Below, one piece after another: positions 9,609 to 19,399 of a DNA stretch of 64,000 nucleotides. Positions within the stretch are counted from its first letter, which is position 1. The number at the start of each line of letters is the position of its first letter. Location: positions 141,872 to 205,871 of the forward strand of contig JAUYNJ010000004.1 of the NCBI GenBank assembly GCA_030696105.1, in the 5' to 3' direction. The DNA is from a bacterium (GTDB lineage Bacteria > Patescibacteriota > Patescibacteriia > Patescibacteriales > UBA12465). The translations under genes were made by a program, and so were the position numbers. The notes under the pieces were generated by a model. The model searched no databases, was not told where the DNA came from, and saw only the letters and a program-made list of their open reading frames with translations.

Positions 9609-10264
9609 AGACTATCGTTGTCATTCCTGGACTAAATGAAGAAAAGCATATCGCCGACGTCATCAGCAAGGTAAAGCCCTTAGTAGACGTAGTTATTATG
9701 GTTGATGATGGCTCTAAAGACAAAACAGCGCTCATTGCCGCTGAAGCTGGAGCCATAGTGCGCAAGCACCCCGTTAATCTTGGCCAAGGAGCCTCTCTGC
9801 AGACTGGCAGTGATCTTGCCCTGTCACTTGGCGCTGATATTATTGTTCACTTCGACGCCGATAACCAATTTGCGGCTGAAGAAATACCAGAAGTGATTGC
9901 TCCGATTATCAAAGGAGGGGCTGATATTGTCTTTGGGTCACGCTTCTTAGGTAAAAAATCAGAACTTCCTTTTACAAAGAAATACTTAATCTTCCCGCTC
10001 GGACGTTTTGTTAACCGCTTATTCGGCGTTAAGACAAGTGATCCGCAAAGTGGCTTTCGCGCCTACACTCGCGAAGTAGCACAAAGCTTTCGCATCGATA
10101 ATAACCGCATGGCTCATTGTACAGAAATACTAGTTAAACTCAGTAACAGCCGCTGGCGTATTAAGGAAGTCCCAATCACCGTTACCTATCACGAATACGG
10201 ACAAAAATTTTCTGGGGGCATACGCATTATCAAAGATTTAATCATTCAGCAAATTAATAAATAA
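9605..10264 (+). CDS. Family 2 glycosyltransferase (Dpm1/GtrB-like)
   Basis: 219 aa. VVIPGLNEE...VVIMVDDGSKD...FDADNQ (DxD-type). ATGA overlap with the upstream gene. Confidence 0.85.
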   Translation: MKTIVVIPGLNEEKHIADVISKVKPLVDVVIMVDDGSKDKTALIAAEAGAIVRKHPVNLGQGASLQTGSDLALSLGADIIVHFDADNQFAAEEIPEVIAPIIKGGADIVFGSRFLGKKSELPFTKKYLIFPLGRFVNRLFGVKTSDPQSGFRAYTREVAQSFRIDNNRMAHCTEILVKLSNSRWRIKEVPITVTYHEYGQKFSGGIRIIKDLIIQQINK

Positions 10265-10307
10265 AAAAGAGACAAGTATGAACTTGCCTCGTAATGAGAA
10301 GAAATCG

Positions 10308-10742
10308 TTAGTACAGCATCGAAATAATAAATTCAATGCCGAAAAGTACAATCAAGATTGCCGCTGTACCTAAAGCTAACATCAAAGCGACTTTCTTGTC
10401 GGTGCGCATAACACTAACGAAGCTTAACAGCCCAATCAGCGCTGTGCTGGCCATCACTGCCCAAATCGCGTATTTTGCTTCCTGAAGAGTAAATACTTCA
10501 AAGCTAAAGTAAGCGAACACAGCAGTGGCCAGTAAAGCAAAGGCGAGAAACATTCCTTTGCGCTCATCCATGAATATCTCAAATATTACCCAGGAGATAG
10601 CTATTGCAGCGAGGACGATAGTAATTGTTGTCTCATCCTGTATAGCCATGACCGGTAAGCACAGGAGTAATCTGACAAGGACATAAATAGCAATAAACGC
10701 GAGCAGTCCTTTGCTCTCGCGTATAAGCAACATCGTTTTCAT
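10308..10742 (-). CDS. Hypothetical 4-TM membrane protein
   Basis: 144 aa, strongly hydrophobic, no recognised motif. Confidence 0.5.
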   Translation of the reverse strand: MKTMLLIRESKGLLAFIAIYVLVRLLLCLPVMAIQDETTITIVLAAIAISWVIFEIFMDERKGMFLAFALLATAVFAYFSFEVFTLQEAKYAIWAVMASTALIGLLSFVSVMRTDKKVALMLALGTAAILIVLFGIEFIISMLY

Positions 10743-10828
10743 GACACAAGTATTTGATTAGACAATATAAAGAACTAGCGAGTCAACTATAATTAATACT
10801 AATCCACTCGTATAATTTTGTCAAAAAT

Positions 10829-11146
10829 ATGATTCAACAAGTCATTGCCCTCGTCTTCATCGCCTTTTTTATCTGGCGTCTACTGTTGCAAAAAAAACAA
10901 AACAAAATTGGCGGCAACGAATTTATTTTGTGGCTGTCTTTCTGGTTACTCGGCGGTATCGCTATTATTTTTATCCGCTCCATCGACCAATTACTAGTCA
11001 GCGCTGGTTTTTCTGGTTCTGGAATTAATTTCTTACTTTACCTCGCAGTCATTAGTCTATTCTACTTTGTTTTCAAACTTCGTCTGAAAATTAGTAAGCT
11101 AGAAAATAATATGACTGAACTAGTGCGCACTATCACTCTTAAATAA
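10829..11146 (+). CDS. Small membrane protein, DUF2304-like (GT2-associated)
   Basis: 105 aa. Three hydrophobic segments plus a C-terminal amphipathic KISKLENNMTELV. This family commonly sits next to GT2 genes. TATAAT at 10811-10816, 12 nt before the ATG. Confidence 0.5.
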   Translation: MIQQVIALVFIAFFIWRLLLQKKQNKIGGNEFILWLSFWLLGGIAIIFIRSIDQLLVSAGFSGSGINFLLYLAVISLFYFVFKLRLKISKLENNMTELVRTITLK

Positions 11147-11181
11147 ACCTCACCTTCTAACGCCCTAGCTGCAATACGATT

Positions 11182-12360
11182 ATGAAAATAGCCCAAATTG
11201 TTTGTGCCTTTCCGCCTTATGCCGGTGGTATCGGCCAAAGCGCCTATCGTTTAGGTCAGATTCTAAGTCGCGAACATGCAATTAGCACCTACACTTTAGC
11301 CGCGAAAGAACAAAAGATTCCTCAGGCGATGATTGGTGATCAAAAAATTATCTACCTGCGTCCACGCTTACGCGCCGGACACGGCGCCTTTCCTTTTTCC
11401 TTGTTATTTCGGCTAACATCTTTTGACACTATTTACCTGCACTACCCTTTCTTTGGAGTTGATGCAATTATTTTTTTACTCTGCTCATTGCGAAAATCGC
11501 AACGCTTAATTATCCATTACCACATGGACACCCCAGCCCTACCTGGCCTGAAGCGCTTTTTAGCTCTGCCCTCACGTATCTTTTTCTTTCGCTTAATGAA
11601 ACGAGCTGAGAAAATTATTGTCAGTAGTCGCGACTACGCTCAACACAGCGATTTAAAAAAAATCATGGAGCTGTACCCCGCAAAGATTAAGGCAGTGCCC
11701 TTCGGTGTTGAGACCGATGTCTTCCATCCGAAAATGAGCGCATCAGAAGATGCTATTAGTTCCCGTGCGACGGCTATCGTTGATTTTGTTACTCGCAGAT
11801 TTATCAAAAGAGGCGGACACACAATATTATTTGTCGGCGGACTTGATAGCGCTCATTATTTTAAAGGTTTAAGTAACCTCATTAAAGCGCTACCGATGGT
11901 TAAGTCAGCGGTCACCTTACACATTGTCGGTGACGGTGATTTGCGAGCACAATATGAAGCCGAGGCAAAAGCAGCAGGTGTTACGCGCCATGTTCGTTTC
12001 TTAGGAAGAATTAGTGAAGACGACCTTATCCGTCAGTATCAATCAGCGGACCTGCTTGTACTGCCTTCAATTAATACCCACGAGGCTTTTGGGCTTGTGC
12101 TTATTGAAGCGATGGCTTGTGGTTTGCCTGTTATTGCTAGTAACCTCCCAGGCGTTCGCAGTGTCTTTAATGACGGCGTCGAAGGTTATGTTGTTGAGCC
12201 CGGAAATATTATTGAGTTAGCTGAAAAAATTAACCTCATAACAGCTGACGAAAACAAACGAAAAGAAATGGCGCGTGCGGCTAGAACTCTCGCCAAAGAA
12301 AAGTATGGTTGGGAAAAAATAGCCGATCAAATTCTCGACGAATTTTCTGCTGTAAAGTAA
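11182..12360 (+). CDS. GT4-family glycosyltransferase
   Basis: 392 aa. C-terminal EAFGLVLIEAMACGLPVIAS and an E-x7-E region. Confidence 0.85.
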   Translation: MKIAQIVCAFPPYAGGIGQSAYRLGQILSREHAISTYTLAAKEQKIPQAMIGDQKIIYLRPRLRAGHGAFPFSLLFRLTSFDTIYLHYPFFGVDAIIFLLCSLRKSQRLIIHYHMDTPALPGLKRFLALPSRIFFFRLMKRAEKIIVSSRDYAQHSDLKKIMELYPAKIKAVPFGVETDVFHPKMSASEDAISSRATAIVDFVTRRFIKRGGHTILFVGGLDSAHYFKGLSNLIKALPMVKSAVTLHIVGDGDLRAQYEAEAKAAGVTRHVRFLGRISEDDLIRQYQSADLLVLPSINTHEAFGLVLIEAMACGLPVIASNLPGVRSVFNDGVEGYVVEPGNIIELAEKINLITADENKRKEMARAARTLAKEKYGWEKIADQILDEFSAVK

Positions 12361-12366
12361 AATAAT

Positions 12367-13422
12367 ATGCGCATAGGCATCGCTAACAATTTATTTCCTC
12401 CTTTTAGCCGCGGCAGCGGGGCTGAGGTTATTGCGGAAATGAATGCCTCTGATTTGCGTGCCGCCGGACACGACGTCTTCATGATTAGCACCAAGCCTCG
12501 CAAAGAAGAGGCACAGGACTCTTCTGATCATTATTTTCTAGATTCTGCCTATTTTGTTTTAAATAAGAAGCCATTGCCCTGGCGACTTGCTTGGCATATC
12601 GGTCAACTATTCCTTCCCTGGCATTTACAAAAACTCAATCAAATTCTCGACGAAAGGCAGCCCGACCTCTTTATTACACATAACTTAATGGGCATCGGTT
12701 TTGTTCTGCCACGCTTATTGCGGGTGCGTGGAATCAGGCACGAGCATGTTTTACACGACATTCAACTACTGCACCCCTCTGGTCTCATGTATTGGGGTAA
12801 AGAAGGGATAGTTAAAAGTTTACCAGCAAAAATTTATCAACTAGTGACAAGGTCGGCGATGATGCATGCGGCGAAAATTATTTCTCCTTCGCGCTGGCTG
12901 CTAAATATTCATCAGTCTTGTGGTTTTTTTGCAAATCAAGAGACTGTTGTTGAGCAAAATTTTAATTTATTACGAAAAGATACAAAGCCACTTAACTCGC
13001 CAATTCACTTCGTCTTTACTGGGCAGCTTGAAAAACATAAAGGCTTATACTTACTTCTTAGTGCCTGGCAAGAAGCTGATTTACCCGCCAGTGTCGCGCG
13101 TCTCACTATTGCCGGCGGCGGTGCGCTCGAAAAAGATGTAAAAAAAGCAGCCGCAAGTTTAGACAGTCTGGAATACGCTGGATTACTAGGCCGAAGAGAC
13201 GTCGAAAAATTACTAACGGACGCTGACGTGGTTGTTGTTCCCTCTCTGGTCTACGAAAATTCGCCAACAAGTCTGTGGGAAGCAGCTGTCTACCGCTGTC
13301 GCGGTTTAGCGGCTGATATCGGCGGTATTCCGGAGCTCTCGCCCTATCTTGATCTCACCCTATTCGCTCCCGGTGACCGTCACGCCTTAGCGCGCGCGAT
13401 GATAAAGATGACAGAGAAATAA
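12367..13422 (+). CDS. GT4-like glycosyltransferase
   Basis: 351 aa. GT-B-like C-terminal half (HKGLYLLL, VVVPSLVYENSPTSLWEAAVYRCRGLAADIGGIPE). Confidence 0.75.
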   Translation: MRIGIANNLFPPFSRGSGAEVIAEMNASDLRAAGHDVFMISTKPRKEEAQDSSDHYFLDSAYFVLNKKPLPWRLAWHIGQLFLPWHLQKLNQILDERQPDLFITHNLMGIGFVLPRLLRVRGIRHEHVLHDIQLLHPSGLMYWGKEGIVKSLPAKIYQLVTRSAMMHAAKIISPSRWLLNIHQSCGFFANQETVVEQNFNLLRKDTKPLNSPIHFVFTGQLEKHKGLYLLLSAWQEADLPASVARLTIAGGGALEKDVKKAAASLDSLEYAGLLGRRDVEKLLTDADVVVVPSLVYENSPTSLWEAAVYRCRGLAADIGGIPELSPYLDLTLFAPGDRHALARAMIKMTEK

Positions 13423-13446
13423 ATATATTTAATTGGATAATAAAAA

Positions 13447-13472
13447 TCCCCGCAATTAGCGGGGATTTTTTC
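13447..13472. terminator. Bidirectional rho-independent terminator between convergent genes
   Basis: aaaaaTCCCCGCaattaGCGGGGAttttttc. 7-bp GC-rich stem, 5-nt loop, A-run upstream and T-run downstream. Confidence 0.75.
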
Positions 13473-13487
13473 TTTATCTAATTTCAA

Positions 13488-14510
13488 CTATGCCTGAAAT
13501 ACGCGCAAGCGTTTTTGTGCTTGCAGAGAAAAAATTGTTTTCTTTAATCCATTCTCAAGAGTCACAACCGGCATCCACGCCAAATCATCTTTTGCCTTCT
13601 TAATGTTAGGCAGCGCGAGCTCACTAATAAACAAGCGGCTGTCGCCATAGGCGACTTTAGAATCTGACTTTAACTCGCGAATAATCATCATCGCTAAGTC
13701 AGTAAGGTTAACATCAACATCAGAACCAATGTTGATAGGGCCAACTTGCTTCGAACGCATAAATTTCATCACACCATCTATTGCATCTTCTATGTAACAG
13801 AAAGAGGAGGAGAAACGATCGTCACCAAAAATTACAAGGTCCTTGCCATCAATCGCGTTATTAATGAAATCAGGAATCATCTGATCATCGCCGAGTTCCA
13901 TACGTGGGCCGTAGACTCGGAAAAGGCGCACAATTTTTGCATCAATTTTATACATCTCGCGATAATTTACGACAAGCGTTTCTGCAAAGCGTTTACCTTC
14001 GTCATAGGCACTACGCTCAGACAAATGATCAAGCACACCGAGTTCAAGTTCGCTAATCTTTCTATCAGGGCTATCGGCATGCCGCGGACCATAGATAACA
14101 GATGAGGAGAAATGCATTAACTTCGCTTTGCACGACACAGCGAGATCAAGCATATTGAAGACTCCGGTTGAATTCGCCATCAAAGTTGCCAGGCGATTAT
14201 TCAAAAAATTCTTGGGCGACATCGGGCAAGCCAGGTTAAAAATTTCCTGGATACCTTGAAACTCGATTTTAAATTTCTTTAACTCTGGTAAATCAAGCCA
14301 ATCAATTGGCCTGGTTATATCTTTATTAATGAAAACAAAGTCTGGATTAGAAAGAAGATGATCAATATTGCTTTCGCTACCAGTTGAAAAATTATCAACG
14401 CAGATGACCTTGCAGGTTTTTAAGAGCTCATCGCAAAGATGAGAACCGATAAAACCAGCGCCACCGGCAACTAGCACATTTTTTTTATCAAAGATGACTT
14501 GCTTAGGCAT
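13488..14510 (-). CDS. NAD-dependent sugar-nucleotide decarboxylase/epimerase, UDP-glucuronate decarboxylase (UXS)-like
   Basis: 340 aa. GGAGFIGSHLCDEL Rossmann motif, SAYDEGKRFAE (YxxxK), RLFRVYGPRM. Confidence 0.8.
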   Translation of the reverse strand: MPKQVIFDKKNVLVAGGAGFIGSHLCDELLKTCKVICVDNFSTGSESNIDHLLSNPDFVFINKDITRPIDWLDLPELKKFKIEFQGIQEIFNLACPMSPKNFLNNRLATLMANSTGVFNMLDLAVSCKAKLMHFSSSVIYGPRHADSPDRKISELELGVLDHLSERSAYDEGKRFAETLVVNYREMYKIDAKIVRLFRVYGPRMELGDDQMIPDFINNAIDGKDLVIFGDDRFSSSFCYIEDAIDGVMKFMRSKQVGPINIGSDVDVNLTDLAMMIIRELKSDSKVAYGDSRLFISELALPNIKKAKDDLAWMPVVTLENGLKKTIFSLQAQKRLRVFQA

Positions 14511-14515
14511 ATATT

Positions 14516-16555
14516 TTAGTTATTGATATCAATGACACCGACGTGCACGCCGCCGCTATAATTTTGATCGTAAGCGTAAAAAGACTCCATTAGTTCACCT
14601 TGCCCACTAAAAGCCCGGACGTGAGGCGTAGCGCCGGCTAAAGCTGAGACGACAATGTCAGCTCGACCATCATTATCTAAATCACCGGCGGCCAGACTAA
14701 CACCGCCTTGCCAATTTCGACCGAAGGCTAAGAATGATTTCTTTAAAACAGCTTTATTGGAAAATATTTTTATTAAAGCTTCTTTGCCAGCTCCGGGGAC
14801 GGTAATGATTTCATCTTTATTCCGGTCATTACGTCCATCGGTATTAGCGATGGCAATTTGAACGCCGCCGCGGAACTCACGTTCGTAAGCGAAAAACTGT
14901 CCCTGTAAATTACCCCGTCGATCAAATATTTTTACTTCCGGAGTACCACCGGCTCCCCTTGCTGCCACAATTTCTGCTGCCCCAATTGCATCAATATTTC
15001 CAGCAGCGACGTTAACACCTCCGCGGAAACTATTTTCAAAGGAAAAAAATTGTCCTTTAAGTCTACCCTTATGATCAAAGATACGTACGTGTGGTCCACC
15101 ACCAGCCCCGGCGCCAACAATGATTTCATCAAGACCATCATCGTTAACATCAGCGACCGCTAAACTAAACCCACCTTTAAAATTTCTATCAAAGACGAGA
15201 AAGCGCCCTCTTAAAGTACCGTCAGGACCATAAATACTTACGTATGGTTCTTGACCGGCGGCTGAGGCGCTGACAATTTCTTGTTCACCATTAGCATCAA
15301 CATCGCCAGCGGCAAAGATGCCGCCGACACTTTCACTAAGCGCCCATTGTTTCAAAGCAACACCACTTTTGTCAGCAAGTATTAGTTCTTGAGTGCTTGT
15401 CGCGTCACCAACATTGGCCGTCGGATTAATTAATAAGCGACCGAGCCGTGAATATAGACGTTCCTGGGCAACCGTTACAGACCTATCTACGTTTACCCTA
15501 CCCGTGCCAAGCTGGCCAAGATAATTAGGATTAAGGCGACTAATATTATCAGTTGACTGCAATAAAATATTAACAATTTCAGTCGGACGCAGATGGGGGT
15601 TAGCCTCGGCGATAAGAGCCAGTGTGCCAGTGATAACTGGGGTCGCCATGGAAGTGCCTGACCAGAAGCCATCGTAATAACGGTCACGTTCTTGAGGGTT
15701 CCCGCCGTAAGTAATGGCACTGAAAAAACTTACACCAGGAGCCGTAATATCAACACACTTGAAACCATAACTTGAAAAATCGGCTTTTTGATCAAGCGCA
15801 TCAGTCGCAGCGACGCCGATAACCATATTCTCGCCGTTCACACCGTCATAACAAGCGGGGTAAATTGGGTTTTGATCAGTATTATAACCAACGCCATCAT
15901 CCTGTTCGTTACCAGCGGCCGCGACCACAATCACGCCCGCGTTATAGGCGCGCGCAATCGCGTCATGCAAAGCCTGGCTATAAGTAAAGCCAACAAAGCT
16001 GAGATTTATAATATCAGCCCCGTTATTTACGGCGTAATCAATTGCGCGAATGACAGAACCAACGCTACCCTCGCCCTTATCATTCAAAGCACGTAAAGGC
16101 ATCAGTTGTGCCCGCCAAGTGAGACCGGCAATTCCCTGTCGATTATCACCAGCCGCAGCAATAATGCCAGCCACCATCGTGCCGTGAGATATACCTGACT
16201 CCGTCCAACCCTCATCAAACTTGGGTGATGGGTCAGGAGTATTGGTAACAAAGTCCCAGCCGTTAATATCATCGATAAAACCATTACGATCATCGTCAAT
16301 GCCGTTGCCAGGAATTTCGCGACTGTTAACCCAAATATTGTCTTTTAAATCAGGGTGATCAATTTGCACGCCGGCATCAATAACTGCAATAACAATATTC
16401 GGACTGCGATTAATTTTCTCCCAGGCAGCCGGAGCCTTAATACGAGTCAAATACCACTGATTACTAAAGTAAGGATCGTTCGGTAAAAAACTCGCGCCAG
16501 CCACAGGGACCAGAACGAAAAGGCCTATAAAAAAAGATGCTATAAATCGTCTCAT
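14516..16555 (-). CDS. Secreted subtilisin-like S8 peptidase fused to FG-GAP repeats
   Basis: 679 aa with a signal peptide. Catalytic D (VIDAGVQIDHPDL), H (HGTMVAGIIAA), S (GTSMATPVITG). The C-terminal approx 270 aa holds five clear repeats of type G(D/N)xDxxGxxEI(V/I)...G.P.V.IF. Confidence 0.85.
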   Translation of the reverse strand: MRRFIASFFIGLFVLVPVAGASFLPNDPYFSNQWYLTRIKAPAAWEKINRSPNIVIAVIDAGVQIDHPDLKDNIWVNSREIPGNGIDDDRNGFIDDINGWDFVTNTPDPSPKFDEGWTESGISHGTMVAGIIAAAGDNRQGIAGLTWRAQLMPLRALNDKGEGSVGSVIRAIDYAVNNGADIINLSFVGFTYSQALHDAIARAYNAGVIVVAAAGNEQDDGVGYNTDQNPIYPACYDGVNGENMVIGVAATDALDQKADFSSYGFKCVDITAPGVSFFSAITYGGNPQERDRYYDGFWSGTSMATPVITGTLALIAEANPHLRPTEIVNILLQSTDNISRLNPNYLGQLGTGRVNVDRSVTVAQERLYSRLGRLLINPTANVGDATSTQELILADKSGVALKQWALSESVGGIFAAGDVDANGEQEIVSASAAGQEPYVSIYGPDGTLRGRFLVFDRNFKGGFSLAVADVNDDGLDEIIVGAGAGGGPHVRIFDHKGRLKGQFFSFENSFRGGVNVAAGNIDAIGAAEIVAARGAGGTPEVKIFDRRGNLQGQFFAYEREFRGGVQIAIANTDGRNDRNKDEIITVPGAGKEALIKIFSNKAVLKKSFLAFGRNWQGGVSLAAGDLDNDGRADIVVSALAGATPHVRAFSGQGELMESFYAYDQNYSGGVHVGVIDINN

Positions 16556-16596
16556 AACATCTTAATCATATCATATCTATTGTTAAAATTGAAATC

Positions 16597-17802
16597 TCAG
16601 GAAGTAAGAACACTTAGTGTTTCACGGGCTGACTTTTCCCAGCTAAACAGGCGACAACGATCGAGCCCCTGCTCCGTGAGAGTCGCTCGTAAATTCTCAT
16701 TAGAAGCAATGTAAGCGAGGGCTGATGCTAAGGAGGCGCGATCACGAGGATCAAAATATAAAGCGGCTTCCCCGGCTACTTCATGAAGCACGGGCAAATC
16801 TGACAACAGCGCCGGTGTGCCAGCTGCCATCGCTTGCAAAGCGGGGATACCAAAACCTTCATGAAGCGTCGGGAAGACAAAAGCGAGCGCGGCACTAAAG
16901 ATAACTGGTAAATCATCTTCGTTCACCCAACCGGGAATTAACACCCAGCGACTAAGATTATATTCTTCAATAATATATTTTACCTCATCATAACCGTAGC
17001 CCGCATTACCAATTAAAACGAGGCGTACTTCGCTCTCCGGATATGCCTCTTTATATAGCGAAAAGGATTCAACCAGCGCCGCTGTATTTTTCTTTTTTTC
17101 TAAACGACCGACATACAAGAAGAATGGCTCTTCGATGCCATATTTCTCGAGCACGGTATTACGTTCCCGAGGGTCGCGTCTTTCGTAATATAAATCCTCC
17201 GGATAACCGTTATAGACAACCTGCGTTTTACTAGCAACATGCTCCCCATAGACATCGAGGATTTCATTTTTTGTAAATTCAGAGACGGCAATGATGCGAC
17301 TTGCGTTTCGCACAGAGTAAGCGGTTGACCAAGAAAGATGGTCTAAAGAATTTGATTGATATTTTCCGCGTGTGAAAATTCGAACTAATAAATCAATAAT
17401 GCTCAATCTGCCACTTTTCGTGCTGATATCCCTTTTCTGATAGACGCGATTCTCACGAATAAAAGCAATATCATGAACAGTATTAACGGTGCGGCGAGGA
17501 TGAATGAGCGGTAAAGAATGCGCTGGGACAAAGAGAACGTCGGGCCGGTTCTTAATCATCTCAAGCGATAAGCGACCGATAGTCCAAAAATAACGCCATG
17601 GCCATTTAAGTATCTTGAAGCGCACATTTGAATATAGCGAAACAGCCGCCGCTAAGTCAGCGACGGGTTCTTTATCCAAATAGAGGACATATTCGTTTTC
17701 CCTATCAATCGCGGCCAGATGACTGATGATATAAAACGAATACCATTCTGTGCCGGTGCGCAAGCTGCGATTGGCGCGGGAGGCGTCAATGCCAATTAAC
17801 AT
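16597..17802 (-). CDS. GT4-family glycosyltransferase
   Basis: 401 aa. YVGRLEKKKN and FPTLHEGFGIPALQAMAAGTPAL. Confidence 0.85.
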   Translation of the reverse strand: MLIGIDASRANRSLRTGTEWYSFYIISHLAAIDRENEYVLYLDKEPVADLAAAVSLYSNVRFKILKWPWRYFWTIGRLSLEMIKNRPDVLFVPAHSLPLIHPRRTVNTVHDIAFIRENRVYQKRDISTKSGRLSIIDLLVRIFTRGKYQSNSLDHLSWSTAYSVRNASRIIAVSEFTKNEILDVYGEHVASKTQVVYNGYPEDLYYERRDPRERNTVLEKYGIEEPFFLYVGRLEKKKNTAALVESFSLYKEAYPESEVRLVLIGNAGYGYDEVKYIIEEYNLSRWVLIPGWVNEDDLPVIFSAALAFVFPTLHEGFGIPALQAMAAGTPALLSDLPVLHEVAGEAALYFDPRDRASLASALAYIASNENLRATLTEQGLDRCRLFSWEKSARETLSVLTS

Positions 17803-17818
17803 AATATTAAAGTGAGCC

Positions 17819-18826
17819 TTACTTGGTCGCCAAAATACTGCGCTTATATGAGTCGAGATTATCTAAAGCAATGCCAGTACCTTTCGCTACACATAGCAAA
17901 GCATCGTCAGCAACGTAGGCGGGCACACCTGTCGCACGCGCTACGAGCTGATCCATATTACGAAGTAAGGAACTACCACCGGAAAGGATAATACCCTTAT
18001 CCATAATGTCAGCGGCGAGTTCGGGTGGAGTTTTTTGTAAAACGCGTTTCGCCGCGGCAATAATCGCTTCGAGCTCGTTTTGAATTGCCTCTGTAACATC
18101 ATCACTAGAAACTGTGATGCTGCGAGGTAGACCGGTTACAATATCGCGTCCCCTAATTTCCATATACAACTTATCTTCAACGTATAAGGCCGAACCAATA
18201 TTTATTTTTATTTCTTCAGCAGTTCTCTCGCCAATCGCAAGATTATATTTTTTGCGGACGTGCTCTAAAATTGCGGCATCAAATTTATTACCGCCAACGC
18301 GCACAGATGTTGAAGCCACAATACCGCCGAGCGAGATAACGGCCATTTCCGCAGTGCCGCCACCAATATCAATAATCATGTGCCCAGTCGCTGAGCCAAT
18401 CGGAATGTCAGCACCAATAGCAGCGGCCACTGGCTCCTTAATAATGTAAGCGGCTTTCGCTCCAGCAGCAATAGTTGCTTCAATTACAGCGCGGCGCTCA
18501 GTTGAAGAAATACCAGCCGGAACGGCCACCATGACTTCAGGTCGGAATAATCTAATGCCTCCGAGGGTCTTATTAATAAAATAACGAATCATCGCCTCCG
18601 TGGTGCGGTAATCAGCAATCACACCATCTTTAAGAGGTCGGGCTGCGACAATAGTATCAGGAGTGCGCCCGAGCATATCTTTTGCCTCATTACCAACCGC
18701 AAGAATCTTGTTGTCATCGACTGATACCGCAACAACCGAAGGCTCGTTAATAACGATGCCCCGGCGTGGCAGGTAGACCAAAGTGTAGGTCGTCCCTAAG
18801 TCGATGCCAATGCGTTTTATAAACAT
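17819..18826 (-). CDS. mreB: Actin-like rod-shape protein MreB (copy 1)
   Basis: 335 aa. IGIDLGTTYT, DIGGGTAE, ILSGGSSLLRNMD. Confidence 0.9.
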   Translation of the reverse strand: MFIKRIGIDLGTTYTLVYLPRRGIVINEPSVVAVSVDDNKILAVGNEAKDMLGRTPDTIVAARPLKDGVIADYRTTEAMIRYFINKTLGGIRLFRPEVMVAVPAGISSTERRAVIEATIAAGAKAAYIIKEPVAAAIGADIPIGSATGHMIIDIGGGTAEMAVISLGGIVASTSVRVGGNKFDAAILEHVRKKYNLAIGERTAEEIKINIGSALYVEDKLYMEIRGRDIVTGLPRSITVSSDDVTEAIQNELEAIIAAAKRVLQKTPPELAADIMDKGIILSGGSSLLRNMDQLVARATGVPAYVADDALLCVAKGTGIALDNLDSYKRSILATK

Positions 18827-18949
18827 ATTTTAGGCTAAAATCAAATAAAAAATTAGGGGTAACCAGGCCGGTCGCAGTGATTTTATATCTTACCTCAATT
18901 TTCGCTCAAGTGTCAATTTATATATTGACTAAATTTAAGCATTAAAGCG

Positions 18950-19378
18950 CTATTCTTCGTAAGTGTCACCACCGTCTTCGTCCTCCTCCTGCTTACGGTT
19001 ATCGATTATTTTTTTTACTTTCTCAGCAAACTCGTAAGTGTCAAATTCTTCTTTAATGAAATAATATTCGGCACCGAGCTCAATACTTCTATTCTTACTG
19101 TCTTCATCGCTTAAATCTGTAAAAATGAAAATCATAACTTCACTTAAATCAGCATCTTCGCGAATTCTTTTAACGACTTCAAAGCCGTCCAATTTAGGTA
19201 AAATTAAATCTAAGATGATATAATCCGGCTCGAAATCGCGGATATTATCAAGGAGCTCCTCTAAAGGTTCTTCGCCTTCACTTGATTCAACGATAAATTC
19301 ATCAGAGCCAAACTGGGCCTCTAAACCGTAAAGAATGTTTGTGTCATCCTCGAGGAGGAAGATTTTCTTCTCAGACAT
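18950..19378 (-). CDS. Stand-alone response-regulator receiver domain with an acidic tail
   Basis: 142 aa. LLEDD acidic pocket, phospho-acceptor in IILDLILPKLDG, FIFTD, YYFIK. C-terminus QEEDEDGGDTYEE. No output domain. Confidence 0.8.
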   Translation of the reverse strand: MSEKKIFLLEDDTNILYGLEAQFGSDEFIVESSEGEEPLEELLDNIRDFEPDYIILDLILPKLDGFEVVKRIREDADLSEVMIFIFTDLSDEDSKNRSIELGAEYYFIKEEFDTYEFAEKVKKIIDNRKQEEDEDGGDTYEE

Positions 19379-19399
19379 AGCGTTTATATATTAATTTGA

